Assembly: GCA_051362555.1 (NCBI GenBank)
Contig: CM120643.1
Location: 4,340,001 to 4,404,000 of the forward strand
Source of the DNA: Lingula anatina
Lineage: Eukaryota; Animalia; Brachiopoda
Direction of reading: 5' to 3'
DNA: 64,000 nucleotides
Below, one piece after another: positions 33,801 to 46,810 of the stretch; the stretch's first letter is position 1; each line of letters opens with the position of its first letter. A model generated the notes under the pieces. The model did not search any database. It saw nothing but the letters and a program-made list of their open reading frames with translations, and was not told the origin of the DNA. The position numbers were made by a program, and so were the translations under genes.

Positions 33801-36800
33801 ACTGATCAGCTTATCACAGATTTTTATTGTTGTTAAGCATCATTTGTAAAAATTTCAGAAATATTGGACAAGATTTGACAAAATTATTAATGTTTAACTA
33901 TTTTAAGTCGTGGGATTTGTCAGTCTTTTCAATGTAAATTTCAGTTTCCCCAAATATATTGTCTCTAAAAGACACTTTTCAATAGACACAGTCAACTGAT
34001 CAGCTTATCACAGATTTTTATTGTTGTTAAGCATCATTTGTAAAAATTTCAGAAATATTGGACAAGATTTGACAAAATTATTAACGTTTAACTATTTTAA
34101 GTCGTGGGATTTGTCAGTCTTTTCAATATAAATTTCAGTTTCTCTAAATATATTGTCTCTAAAAGACACTTTTCATTAAACACAGTCATCTGATCAGCTT
34201 ATCACAGATTTTTATTGTTGTTAAGCATCATTTGTACAAATTTCAGAAATATTGGACTAGATTTGACAAAATTATTATCGTTTAACTATTTTAAGTCATG
34301 AGATTTGCCAGTCTTTTCAATGTAATTTTCAGTTTTTTCAGTTATATTGTTTTCTTTTTCCAGAGTACCCTTACCATGAAAAGGCATGCAGTGAAAGACA
34401 GCTCCAAGAGCAGCAATATGTCTTATCCATGTGTACAATACATGATATGTAACAAGATTTAGGACATTGTCATATATTGTGATAACAACAACCCATTCCA
34501 GAAACCCATTGTAAGGAGTAATCTGCATCTGGCATTGATAGTAAGGAGAAGTCTTGTATGGGTATATATCGTTTTCCAGATAACAGTTACAGGTAATTTG
34601 CAGCCTCTTACACACACAACCTCAAGTCATCACATTTGCTATTTTATTTTATATTCACATTGCAAAATTATTAACATTTAACTATTTTAAGCCATGGAAT
34701 TTGGCAGTGTTTTCAGTGTAATTTTCAGTTTTTTCAAAGATATTGTCGCAAGAAGATACTTTTTATTAGACACAGTCATTTGATCAGCTTATCACAGATT
34801 TTTATTGTTGTAAAGCATCATTTGTATAATTTTCAGAAACACTGGACAAGATTTGACAAAATTATTAACGTTTAACTATTTTAAGTCCTGGGATTTGCCA
34901 GTCTTTTCAATGTAAATTTCAGTTTTCCCCAAATACGTTGTCCCAAAAAACACTTTTCATTAGTTACAGTCAACAGATCATCTAACCACAGATTTTTATT
35001 GTTGTTAAGCATCATTTGTACAAATTTCAGAAACGCTGTACAAGATTTGACAAAATTATTAATGTTTAACTATTTTAAGCCATGGGATTTGTCAGTCTTT
35101 TCAATGTAAATTTCAGTTTCCCTAAATATACTGTCTCTAAAAGACACTTTTCATTACACGCAGTCAACTGATCAGCTTATCACAGATTTTTATTGTTGTT
35201 AAGCATCATTTGTAAAAATTTCAGAAATATTGGACAAGATTTGACAAAATTATTAACGTTTAACTATTTTAAGTCATGGAATTTGCCAGTGTTTTTAGAG
35301 TAATTTTCAGTTTTCTCAAATATGTCATCTGAAGAAAATACTTTTCAATAGATATAGTCAACTAATCAACTTATCACAGATTTTTATTGTTGTTAAGCAT
35401 CATTTGTACAAATTTCAGAAATATTGGACTAGATTTGACAAAATTATTATCGTTTAACTATTTTAAGTCATGAGATTTGCCAGTCTTTTCAATGTAATTT
35501 TAAGTTTTTTCAGTTATATTGTTTTCTTTTTCCAGAGTACCCTTACCATGAAAAGGCAGGCAGTGAAAGACAGCACCAAGAGCAGCACTATGTCTTATCC
35601 ATGTGTACAATACATGATATGTGGCAAGATTTAGGACATTGTCAAATATTGTGATAACAACAACCCATTTCAGAAACCCATTGTAAGGAGTAATCTGCTT
35701 CTGGCATTGATAGTAAGGAGAAGTCTTGTATGGGTATATATTGTTTTCCAGATAACAGTTATAGGTAATTTGCAACCTCTTACACAAACAACCTCAAATC
35801 ATCACATTTTCTATTTTATTTTATAATCACATTGCAAAATTATAAACATTTAACTATTTTAAGCCATGGAATTTGCCATTGTTTTCAGTGTGATTTACAG
35901 TTTTTTTAAAGATATTGTCGGAATAAGATACTTTTCATAAGACACAGTCATTTGATCAGCTTATCACAGATTTTTATTGTTGTTAAGCATCATTTGTATA
36001 ATTTTCAGAAACACTGGACGAGATTTGACAAAATTATTAACATTTAACTATTTTAATTCCTGGAATTTGCCAGTCTTTTCAATGTAAATTTCAGTTTTCC
36101 CAAATACTTTGTCCCAAAAAACACTTTTCATTAGATACGGTCAACAGATCATCTTATCACAGATTTTTAATGTTGTTAAGCATCATTTGTACAAATTTCA
36201 GAAACACTGTACAAGATTTGACAAAATTATAAATGTTTAACTATTTTAAGTCGTGGGATTTGTCAGTCTTTTCAATGTACATTTCAGTTTCCCCAAATAT
36301 ATTGTCTCTAAAAGACACTTTTCATTAAAGACAGTCAACTGATCAGCTTATCACAGATTTTTATAATTATTAAGCATCATTTGTTCAAATTTCAGAAATA
36401 TTGGACAAGATTTGACAAAATTATTAAAAATTTAACTATTTTAAGTCGTGGGATTTGCCAGTCTTTTCAATGTAATTTTCAGTTTTTTCAGTTGTATTGT
36501 TCTTTTTCCAGAGTACCCTTACCATGAAAAGGCAGGCAGTGAAAGACAGCATCAAGAGCAGCAATATGTCTTATCCATGTGCACAATACATGATATGTGG
36601 CAAGATTTAGGACATTGTCAAATATTGTGATAACAACAACCCATTCCAGAAACCCATTGTAAGGAGTAATCTGCATCTGGCATTGATAGTAAGGAGAAGT
36701 CTTGTATGGGTATATATTGTTTTCCAGATAACAGTTAGAGGTAATTTGCAACCTCTTACACAAACAACCTCAAATCATCACATTTGCTATTTCATTTAAA

Positions 36801-39800
36801 ATCACATCGCAAAATTATTAATATTTAACTATTTTAAGCCATGGAATTTGCCAGTGTTTTCAGTGTAATTTACAGTTTTTTCAAAGATATTGTCCCAAAA
36901 AACACTTTTCATTAGACACAGTCATTTGTTCAGCTTATCACAGATTTTTAATGTTGTAAAGCATCATTTGTATAATTTTCAGAAACACTGTACAAGATTT
37001 GACAAAATTATTAACGTTTAACCATTTTAAGTTATGGAATTGCCAGTCTTTTCAATGTAAATTTCAGTTTTCCCAAATCCGTTGTCCCAAAAAACACTTT
37101 TCACTAGATGCAGTCAACAGATCATCTAATCACAGATTTTTATTGTTGTTAAGCATCATTAGTACAAATTTCAGAAACACTGTACAAGATTTGACAAAAT
37201 TATTAACGTTTAACCATTTTAAGTCATGGGATTTGCCAGTCTTTTCAATGTAAATTTCAGTTTTCCCCAAATACGTTGTCCCAGAAAACACTTTTCATTA
37301 GATACAGTCAACAGATCATCTAATCACAGATTTTTATTGTTGTTAAGCATCATTTGTAAAAATTTCAGAAATATTGGACAAGATTTGACAAAATTATTAA
37401 CGTTTAACTATTTTAAGTCGTGGGATTTGTCAGTTTTTTCAATGTAAATTTCAGTTTCCCCAAATATATTGTCTCTAAAAGACACTTTTCATTAGATACA
37501 GTCAACTGATCAGCTTATCACAGATTTTTATTGTTGTTAAGCATCATTTGTAAAAATTTCAGAAATATTGGACAAGATTTGACAAAATTATTAATGTTTA
37601 ACTATTTTAAGTCGTGGGATTTGTCAGTCTTTTCAATGTAAATTTCAGTTTCCCCAAATATATTGTCTCTAAAAGACACTTTTCATTAGATACAGTCAAC
37701 TGATCAGCTTATCACAGATTTTTATTGTTGTTAAGCATCATTTGTAAAAATTTCAGAAATATTGGACAAGATTTGACAAAATTATTAACGTTTAACTATT
37801 TTAAGTCGTGGGATTTGTCAGTCTTTTCAATATAAATTTCAGTTTCTCTAAATATATTGTCTCTAAAAGACACTTTTCATTAAACACAGTCATCTGATCA
37901 GCTTATCACAGATTTTTATTGTTGTTAAGCATCATTTGTACAAATTTCAGAAATATTGGACTAGATTTGACAAAATTATTATCGTTTAACTATTTTAAGT
38001 CATGAGATTTGCCAGCCTTTTCAATGTAATTTTCAGTTTTTTCAGTTATATTGTTTTCTTTTTCCAGAGTACCCTTACCATGAAAAGGCAGGCAGTGAAA
38101 GACAGCTCCAAGAGCAGCAATATGTCTTATCCATGTGTACAATACATGATATGTAAGAAGATTTAGTACATTGTCATATATTGTGATAACAACAACCCAT
38201 TCCAGAAACCCATTGTAAGGAGTAATCTGCATCTGGCATTGATAGTAAGGAGAAGTCTTGTATGGGTATATATCGTTTTCCAGATAACAGTTACAGGTAA
38301 TTTGCAACCTCTTACACACACAACCTCAAGTCATCACATTTGCTATTTTATTTTATATTCACATTGCAAAATTATAAACATTTAACTATTTTAAGCCATG
38401 GAATTTGGCAGTGTTTTCAGTGTAATTTTCAGTTTTTTCAAAGATATTGTCGCAAGAAGATACTTTTTATTAGACACAGTCATTTGATCAGCTTATCACA
38501 GATTTTTATTGTTGTAAAGCATCATTTGTATAATTTTCAGAAACACTGGACAAGATTAACATTTAACTATTTTAAGTCCTGGGATTTGCCAGTCTTTTCA
38601 ATGTAAATTTCAGTTTTCCCCAAATACGTTGTCCCAAAAAACACTTTTCATTAGATACAGTCAACAGATCATCTAACCACAGATTTTTATTGTTGTTAAG
38701 CATCATTTGTACAAATTTCAGAAACGCTGTACAAGATTTGACAAAATTATTAATGTTTAACTATTTTAAGCCATGGGATTTGTCAGTCTTTTCAATGTAA
38801 ATTTCAGTTTCCCTAAATATACTGTCTCTAAAAGACACTTTTCATTACACGCAGTCAACTGATCAGCTTATCACAGATTTTTATTGTTGTTAAGCATCAT
38901 TTGTAAAAATTTCAGAAATATTGGACAAGATTTGACAAAATTATTAACGTTTAACTATTTTAAATCATGGAATTTGCCAGTGTTTTTAGAGTAATTTTCA
39001 GTTTTCTCAAATATGTCATCTGAAGAAAATACTTTTCAATAGATATAGTCAACTAATCAACTTATCACAGATTTTTATTGTTGTTAAGCATCATTTGTAC
39101 AAATTTCAGAAATATTGGACTAGATTTGACAAAATTATTATCGTTTAACTATTTTAAGTCATGAGATTTGCCAGTCTTTTCAATGTAATTTTAAGTTTTT
39201 TCAGTTATATTGTTCTCTTTCCAGAGTACCCTTACCATGGAAAAGCAGGTAGTGAAAGACAGCACCAAGAGCAGCACTATGTCTTATCCATGTGTACAAT
39301 ACATGATATGTGGCAAGATTTAGGACATTGTCAAATATTGTGATAACAACAACCCATTTCAGAAACCCATTGTAAGGAGTAATCTGCTTCTGGCATTGAT
39401 AGTAAGGAGAAGTCTTGTATGGGTATATATTGTTTTCCAGATAACAGTTATAGGTAATTTGCAACCTCTTACACAAACAACCTCAAATCATCACATTTTC
39501 TATTTTATTTTATAATCACATTGCAAAATTATAAACATTTAACTATTTTAAGCCATGGAATTTGCCATTGTTTTCAGTGTGATTTACAGTTTTTTCAAAG
39601 ATATTGTCGGAATAAGATACTTTTCATAAGACACAGTCATTTGATCAGCTTATCACAGATTTTTATTGTTGTTAAGCATCATTTGTATAATTTTCAGAAA
39701 CACTGGACGAGATTTGACAAAATTATTAATGTTTAACTATTTTAAGTTGTGGGATTTGCCAGTCTTTTCAATGTAATTTTTAGTTTTCCCAAATACTTTG

Positions 39801-42790
39801 TCCCAAAAATCACTTTTCATTAGATACAGTCAACAGATCAGCTTATCACAGATTTTCATTGCTGTTAAGCATCATTTGAACAAATTTGAGAAATATTGGA
39901 CAAGATTTGACCAAAATTATTAAAGTTTAACTATTTTAAGTCATGGAATTTGCCTGTGTTTTTAGAGTTATTTTCAGTTTTCTCAAATATGTCATCTGAA
40001 GAAAATACTTTTCAATAGATATAGTCAACTAATCAACTTATCACAGATTTTCTTTGCTGTTAAGCATCATTTGTACAAATTTCAGAAATATTGGACAAGA
40101 TTTGACAAAATAATTAACATTTAACTGTTTTAAGTCGTGGGATTTGCCAGTCTTTTCAATGTAATTTTTAGTTTTCCGAAATATGTTGTCCCAAAAATCA
40201 CTTTTCAGTAGATACAGTCAACAGATCAGCTTATCACAGATTTTTATTGTTGTTAAGCATCATTTGTTCAAATTTCAGAAATATTGGACAAGATTTGACA
40301 AAATAATTAAAAATTTAACTATTTTAAGTCCTGGGTTTTGACAGTTTTTTCAATGTAAATTTGTTTTTTCAGTTGTATTGTCCTTTTTCCCCCCGAGTAC
40401 CCTTACCATGAAAAGGCAGGCAGTGAAATTCAGCATCAAGAGCAGCACTGTCTTATCCATGTGTACAATACATGATATGTAACAAGATTCAGGACATTGT
40501 TAAATATTGTGATAACAACAACCCATTCCAGAAACCCATTGTAAGGAGTAATCTGCATCTGTCATTGATAGTAAGGAGAAAACTTGTATGGGTATATATT
40601 GTTTTCCAGATAACAGTTATAGATAATTTGCAACCTCTTACACAAACAACCTCAAATCATCACATTTGCTATTTCATTTAAAATCATGTGGCAAAATTAT
40701 TAATATTTAACTATTTATATTTATTTTAAGCCATGGAATTTGCCGGTGTTTTCAGTGTAATTTTCAGTTTTTTCAAAGATATTGTCGCAAGAAGATACTT
40801 TTTATTAGACACAGTCATTTGATCAGCTTATCACAGATTTTTATTGTTGTAAAGCATCATTTGTATAATTTTCAGAAACACTGGACAAGATTTAACAAAA
40901 TTATTAACGTTTAACCATTTTAAGTCATGGGATTTGCCAGTCTTTTCAATGTAAACTTCAGTTTTCCCAAATACATTGTCCCAAAAAAGCCTTTTCAATA
41001 GATACAGTCAACAGATCATCTAATCACAGATTTTTATTGTTGTTAAGCATCATTTGTACAAATTTCAGAAATATTGGACTAGATTTGACAAAATTATTAT
41101 CGTTTAACAATTTTGAGTCATGAGATTTGCCAGTCTTTTCAATGTAATTTTCAGTTTTTTTCAGTTATATTGTTCTTTTTCCAGAGTACCCTTACCATGA
41201 AAAGGCAGGCAGTGAAAGACAGCATCAAGAGCAGCAATATGTCTTATCCATGTGTACAATACATGATATGTGGCAAGATTTAGGACATTGTCAAATATTG
41301 TGATAACAACAACCCATTCCAGAAACCCATTGTGAGGAGTAATCTGCATCTGTCATTGATAGTAAGGAGAAGTCTTGTATGGGTATATATTGTTTTCCAG
41401 ATAACAGTTATAGGTAATTTGCAACCTCTTACACAAACAACCTCAAATCATCACATTTGCTATTTCATTTAAAATCATGTGGCAAAATTATTAATATTTA
41501 ACTATTTTAAGCCATGGAATTTGGCAGTGTTTTCAGTGTAATTTTCAGTTTTTTCAAAGATATTGTCGCAAGAAGATACTTTTCATTAGACACAGTCATT
41601 TGATCAGCTTATCACAGATTTTTATTGTTATAAAGCATCATTTGTATAATTTTCAGAAACACTGGACAAGATTTGACAAAATTATTAATGTTTAACTATT
41701 TTAAGTCGTGGGATTTGCCAGTCTTTTCAATGTAAATTTCAGTTTTCCCAAATACGTTGTCCCAAAAAACACTTTTCATTAGATACAGTCAACAGATCAT
41801 CTAATCACAGATTTTTGTTGTTGTTAAGCATCATTTGTACAAATTTCAGAAATACTGTACAAGATTTGACAAAATTATTTACGTTTAACTATTTTAAGTT
41901 GTGGGATTTGTCAGTCTTTTCAATGTACATTTCAGTTTCCCCAAATATATTGTCTCTAAAAGACACTTTTCATTAAAGACAGTCAACTGATCAGCTTATC
42001 ACAGATTTTTATTATTGTTAAGCATCATTTGTAAAAATTTCAGAAATATTGGACAAGATTTGACAAAATTATTAACGTTTAGCTATTTTAAGTCATGGAA
42101 TTTGCCAGTGTTTTTAGAGTAATTTTCAGTTTTCTCAAATATGTCATCTGAAGAAAATACTTTTCATTAGACACAGTCATTTGATCAGCTTATCACAGAT
42201 TTTTATTGTTGTTAAGCATCATTTGTATAATTTTCAGAAACACTGGACAAAATTTGACAAAATTATTAATGTTTAACTATTTTAAGTCGTGGGATTTGCC
42301 AGTCTTTTCAATGTAATTTTTAGTTTTCCCAAATACTTTGTCCCAAAAAACACTTTTCATTAGATACGGTCAACAGATCATCTTATCACAGATTTTTAAT
42401 GTTGTTAAGCATCATTTGTACAAATTTCAGAAATACTGTATAAGATTTGACAAAATTATTAACATTTAACTATTTTAAGTCGTGGGATTTGTCAGTCTTT
42501 TCAATGAAAATTTCAGTTTCCCCAAATATATTGTCTCTAAAAGACACTTTTCATTAAACACAGTCAACTGATCAGCTTATCACAGATTTTTATTGTTGTT
42601 AAGCATCATTTGTAAAAATTTCAGAAATATTGGACAAGATTTGACAAAATTATTAACGTTTTACCATTTTAAGTCATGGAATTTGCCAGTGTTTTTAGAG
42701 TAATTTTTAGTTTTCCCAAATACGTTGTCCCAAAAAACACTTTTCACTAGATACAGTCATTGAGTTTGCCAGTCTTTTCAATGTAATTTT
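30885..42790. repeat. Composite satellite: ~194-bp monomers with 9 copies of a ~300-bp cassette and a 3704-bp higher-order repeat
   Basis: Monomer period 194 (32041, 32235, 32429, 32623). Cassette AGTACCCTTACCATG.. at 31452, 32808, 34364, 35536, 36512, 38068, 39225, 40396 and 41185. ORF pairs 33295/36999, 33522/37226 and 34286/37990 are all offset by 3704. Confidence 0.97.
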
Positions 42791-42792
42791 TT

Positions 42793-43140
42793 AGCTTTTT
42801 ATGTACTTATGCAGTCTGTACATATAGCTGTCACCTGTGTCTGTCATTGCCGTTGCCTTCACCGTCCCTGTCGCCGTTGCCATGCACTCAGCGATAACAC
42901 GATAAGTGGAATACCGTTTTATTTTTTGTATTCAAACTTACAGAACTGATGAATATTCATAATACGCAGGTGAAGTTCGAAAAACCAGCATGATTGGGCC
43001 ATTTTTAGGGAAGTTATGCTGTTTTTTTCACTTTTTTTCAGCATATATGCAACCCTGATAACACAATAAGTGAAAAACCGCTTTACTTTTTGGCTTGAAA
43101 CTTACAGAACTTACAGAATATTCATAATACGTAGGCCAAG
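42793..43140 (-). mobile_element. Reverse-oriented HINE-like fragment
   Basis: Hairpin AGCT..TATGTAC..GTACATA.AGCT (~42794-42829), then a GCCGTT-type microsatellite, then a ~170-bp unit repeated (~42892 and ~43058). Confidence 0.5.
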
Positions 43141-44519
43141 TAAATTTAAAGGTGGTTAAAATAAAATCCAATGTTTTCATCATATAATTTGAGTTTTAAT
43201 TTGCAACACCAACCACAAGAGACAGCTAGTGCAATCACATTTGAACAAAGTGCATATGGCTAACCTTAGAAAAATAGTTCTTGTGTCCATCATATATAAT
43301 CTTATACATTATATGAAGGCTCATATGGAATACCTGTAAAAAGAAACATTTTAATGATGGAAACATCTTGGCAGCTGTAAAATTCATAATATGTATTATT
43401 TTATCATGGATGATGCTATGATATACAAAGACTGATATATACAATACATTATTTTTTACAATTTTAATTGCAGCTAAGAGAGCCAGTTAGGGTACACAAT
43501 GCAACATTTAAAGAAATATAATAAACTCTATTTTACCACTAAAATGTTATTTATCGCAATTAATCTGGAATCTGTGCTTTTCATCGAATTACGCGACCTC
43601 CATAGATGACTAGCCTTTGTAATAATCTCTTAAGAGACAAGCTTTTAAAAACCTGGACTAACTCTGAATATCGGAACAGATTTATTTACCATTGGTATGA
43701 AAGGGGAAACAGAAAAGTCTGTTTTCTGGTCGAAATGATAAGTTTTTATTTCTTTAATAAACATTATTATTAATTTTCTTCACAATAATAATAACAATAA
43801 TGGTTGTTATTAATACTTTTATCATTATTTTATATTTATTAATTCTAGCCAAATGTCATTGGTGATTTCACATGACATTTAATTTTTTTATCTTATTGTA
43901 CTTTGTTAGAACTCTTATCTTCTTACCACTGTTTCCAATGATAAGATCAAGATAACTGTCAATTACCTAATCATAAAGCATGTTATATATCTCATTTTTA
44001 ATAAATCAAACATTAGAAAGAGAAATTAATGTCTCTTTATGTTGAGTATGTATGTACTATTAGTAATAAGGCAAATTCTGCAAGGCATTATTTAAGTCTA
44101 TGTAGCTCATTTTAACATTAGATATTCATAAGATTTTTATATTTTACCTGTGCAACAAAACTGTTTACTTACTTCATCAGTAAGCATCCCATTAATAGAT
44201 GAAATGCTATCATATGTAATGTGGTGGGATTTATACTTTCCGAGTGTTCTGTTGGTTGACTCCATGTTGGAGTCTTTGTAAATGACAGAGTGTTTGATGC
44301 TTTCCTCAAAGATGGTGTTCTTAGTGGAAGAGGGAGTTACAATATTGGATTTGGTAGAGTGAACGGTGGTGCTTCTGTGGTTGGATTGGACAACAGAGCT
44401 GGTAGGCATATTAGATGATTTAGCTTTTGGTGCTAGAAAGCACAGCACTGGAGGTTAACACAATTGGCTCCTGACAGTTGAAGTTGTCCAACACTTGTTC
44501 CTCTTGGACAACATGGCAG

Positions 44520-45387
44520 TCAGCTGTGTCTCCTGGAAGAGACAAGTTTATCCCATTTTGTCTTTTCATCATCTACGCTTTATGCTCGACTCTTCCTGAA
44601 TGTACGCATCTTTTCACTGGTCTAATAGGTAAATGTGATTGAACACATTCTTTGGCTTCAGGTTTTGTGCATGGGTTTTTTCTTGAGTTGCAGTTGTTGC
44701 TTTTTGGCAGGACTAGGCCGTAAATCAACCCCACTTTCATTTGAAATTGACTCTTGTAACTTCTGAAGTATTGTTATCAACTTTTCATTTGTGTGGCGGA
44801 TGGCTTCACCATCTGTAACTAAATAGGTTTTTGACTTAATTTGTGCTAAAAGATCATGGCACTTAGAAAGTTCTGTTTGTTTGGGGAATATTGGTGTTGG
44901 GATTTCTGGCAAATTAGAAGATGACACATTTACATGCACTTCATAGTTATCTGGATCTGTGTTATTTGGTGTGAGCTTGGTCGATTTAAACAGGACCTCT
45001 TCATCTATAGTAAAAAACGAGGAGTTCCTGTAGTTGGCTGGTACATGTAGCTGGTCCCAGCTCACATCTTTAAAACATAATATACCAAACAAATGCTTGC
45101 ATTGCAGCCATTTAATTGCCAGTCCTGGCAAGTACAAGATGGTGCAACCTCTCCAGATCCAAACGTGAAAGTGTGCCAATATCCACGTTTGGTCTCACTT
45201 TGTATTTGACACCTGGCAGGACCAACCATAAAAATGGCTTCTTCCCTGTCCTCAAGATAGGATGTACTGGCTATTCTTCTCATACAATGTTTAGTTAAAA
45301 AACTCTGGGCAATTCTGTAGATAAGACAGAACTGTGGCATCATACTTCCTATAATATCCAGCATAGGTATTGTTCTTTTTTATGTAT
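44520..45387 (-). pseudogene. MULE/Mutator-type transposase remnant with SWIM zinc finger (frameshifted 3' exon)
   Basis: After acceptor TTTTTCAG it reads YRKYDATVLSYLQNCPEFF / KHCMRR...PSCTCQDWQ / LQCKHLFGIL..SWDQL(HV)PANYRNSSFFTID, giving the CxC-Xn-CxH SWIM motif. At least two frameshifts. Confidence 0.75.
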
Positions 45388-46499
45388 CTGAAAAATGAAT
45401 TATATCTTTGATTACATTTATATAAGTCAGAAGTAAAAATTGACATATTTTTAAGACAAGTAAATAACACAGAATTATACATTGGACCTGGTGAATCTCT
45501 TTGAAAACTTTTGATTAACACTTTTATATGCTTACTTATATTACTTATCAGTATATAGCTTTTGCACATTCTATTATACAGTATGAAAATCATAATGTTA
45601 TAACATATCAAAATGATTTACATTAAAAGGGCCAGGAAAAATTTTGGTAGTTTAGAGGGTGAACGTTGTTATTTGGTACGGTTTAGAACATTGATTCAGC
45701 AGTCATATATTGGCAATCTAACTGTGATCTTGAAATTGACCTTTGACCCACTTTTCAACATGAACCCCACTTTACAAATTTTGAATAAACCTATTTTTAC
45801 ACACAATTTTGTTTTAAAATGGTAATTTTCAACAAAATTGAGAATATTTGTTTACTGCATTTTGTAGACCTTGTCAAGCACAACACTGCAATTAAGTGGT
45901 GTCGCTATTTTTGCTTTTCCATATGAATGCGCTTACTCCCCCTTACGAAAAGTCCTATAGGATCGTGTAGGACTTTTTCGTTAGGGATAGCTGATGGTAC
46001 AATACCAGGAGGTGGTATCGCCTCTCTGATCCTCTATAATAATATATATAAGAATTTTTTGGCCAATTATAAAAATCAGAAATTATTTCCTTTGGAGCAA
46101 AGTTTGATGAGTAAAATTAATACCATAGATCAATCAAAAATTGGGTTTGTAAACAACTGAAAATTGGTTTCAGCACTCGGATAAAAATTGTTAAAAGGCG
46201 TTCGAAAGTTTAGAGTCTACTGCTGCTAGGTCAAAAGGTACAAAGTGGCGAATGCTGGGTGAGAAGAGTCCCCATGTTGCTTTCAACCCTTTTCTCCATT
46301 CATTCCACTCAGCTTGGTGAGATTCTGTCCATGAATCACCTTACTTTCAGTTTTGACAACATCTCTTAGTTTCATATGATCCTCCCACGTAGCCCTGTTA
46401 TATCAAATTGTAATTCAATATGTCACAATACATTGGATCACATACCTGTAAAAGTTGTTTTAAAGAGGCATGCTCTCAGTTAAAGTACATGCCTAGACC

Positions 46500-46810
46500 A
46501 TAGGTCAGAACTGGTGCCATTTTGTATTTTAATTCTGATGAGACTGTTAACAATGTGAGTAGACAAGTGAGAGTATTGAGATCATCCACTCCTTATCTGC
46601 CAGAGACAGGAATTATCAATTAATTTTTCTTAGATGATCTCGCCACACCACAAATGGCCAAAGCTGTACAAGATTAGCTTTACCACCATGGCATCAACAG
46701 GGTGGACTGACTTGCCCAATCTCCAGACACAAACCCCATTAAAAGCCTGTGGAATGAGATTTGAAATCAAGTGGCAAAAGATAGCCCCTTTACCAGAAAC
46801 ACTCTAATTC
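46500..46810 (+). pseudogene. Tc1/mariner (DD34E-type) transposase fragment
   Basis: FFLDDLATPQMAKAVQD*LYHHGINRVD*LAQSPDTNPIKSLWNEI matches the Tc1 consensus FQQDNAP.H...WP.QSPDLNPIENLW, with in-frame stops. Confidence 0.85.

Noticed and set aside
32784-39476. Repeated 91-109-aa minus-strand ORFs (MCKRLQIT...) as a tandem gene family
   Set aside because: Non-ATG start, truncation in other copies, and many amino-acid differences between near-identical copies. Best explained by repeat amplification.
32162-39736. Plus-strand ORFs within the 194-bp monomers
   Set aside because: Translations of satellite DNA with frames shifting between monomers.
44137-44448. 103-aa Ser/Thr-rich ORF as a separate gene
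   Set aside because: Lies directly downstream of the frameshifted MULE remnant on the same strand; most likely its decayed low-complexity tail.
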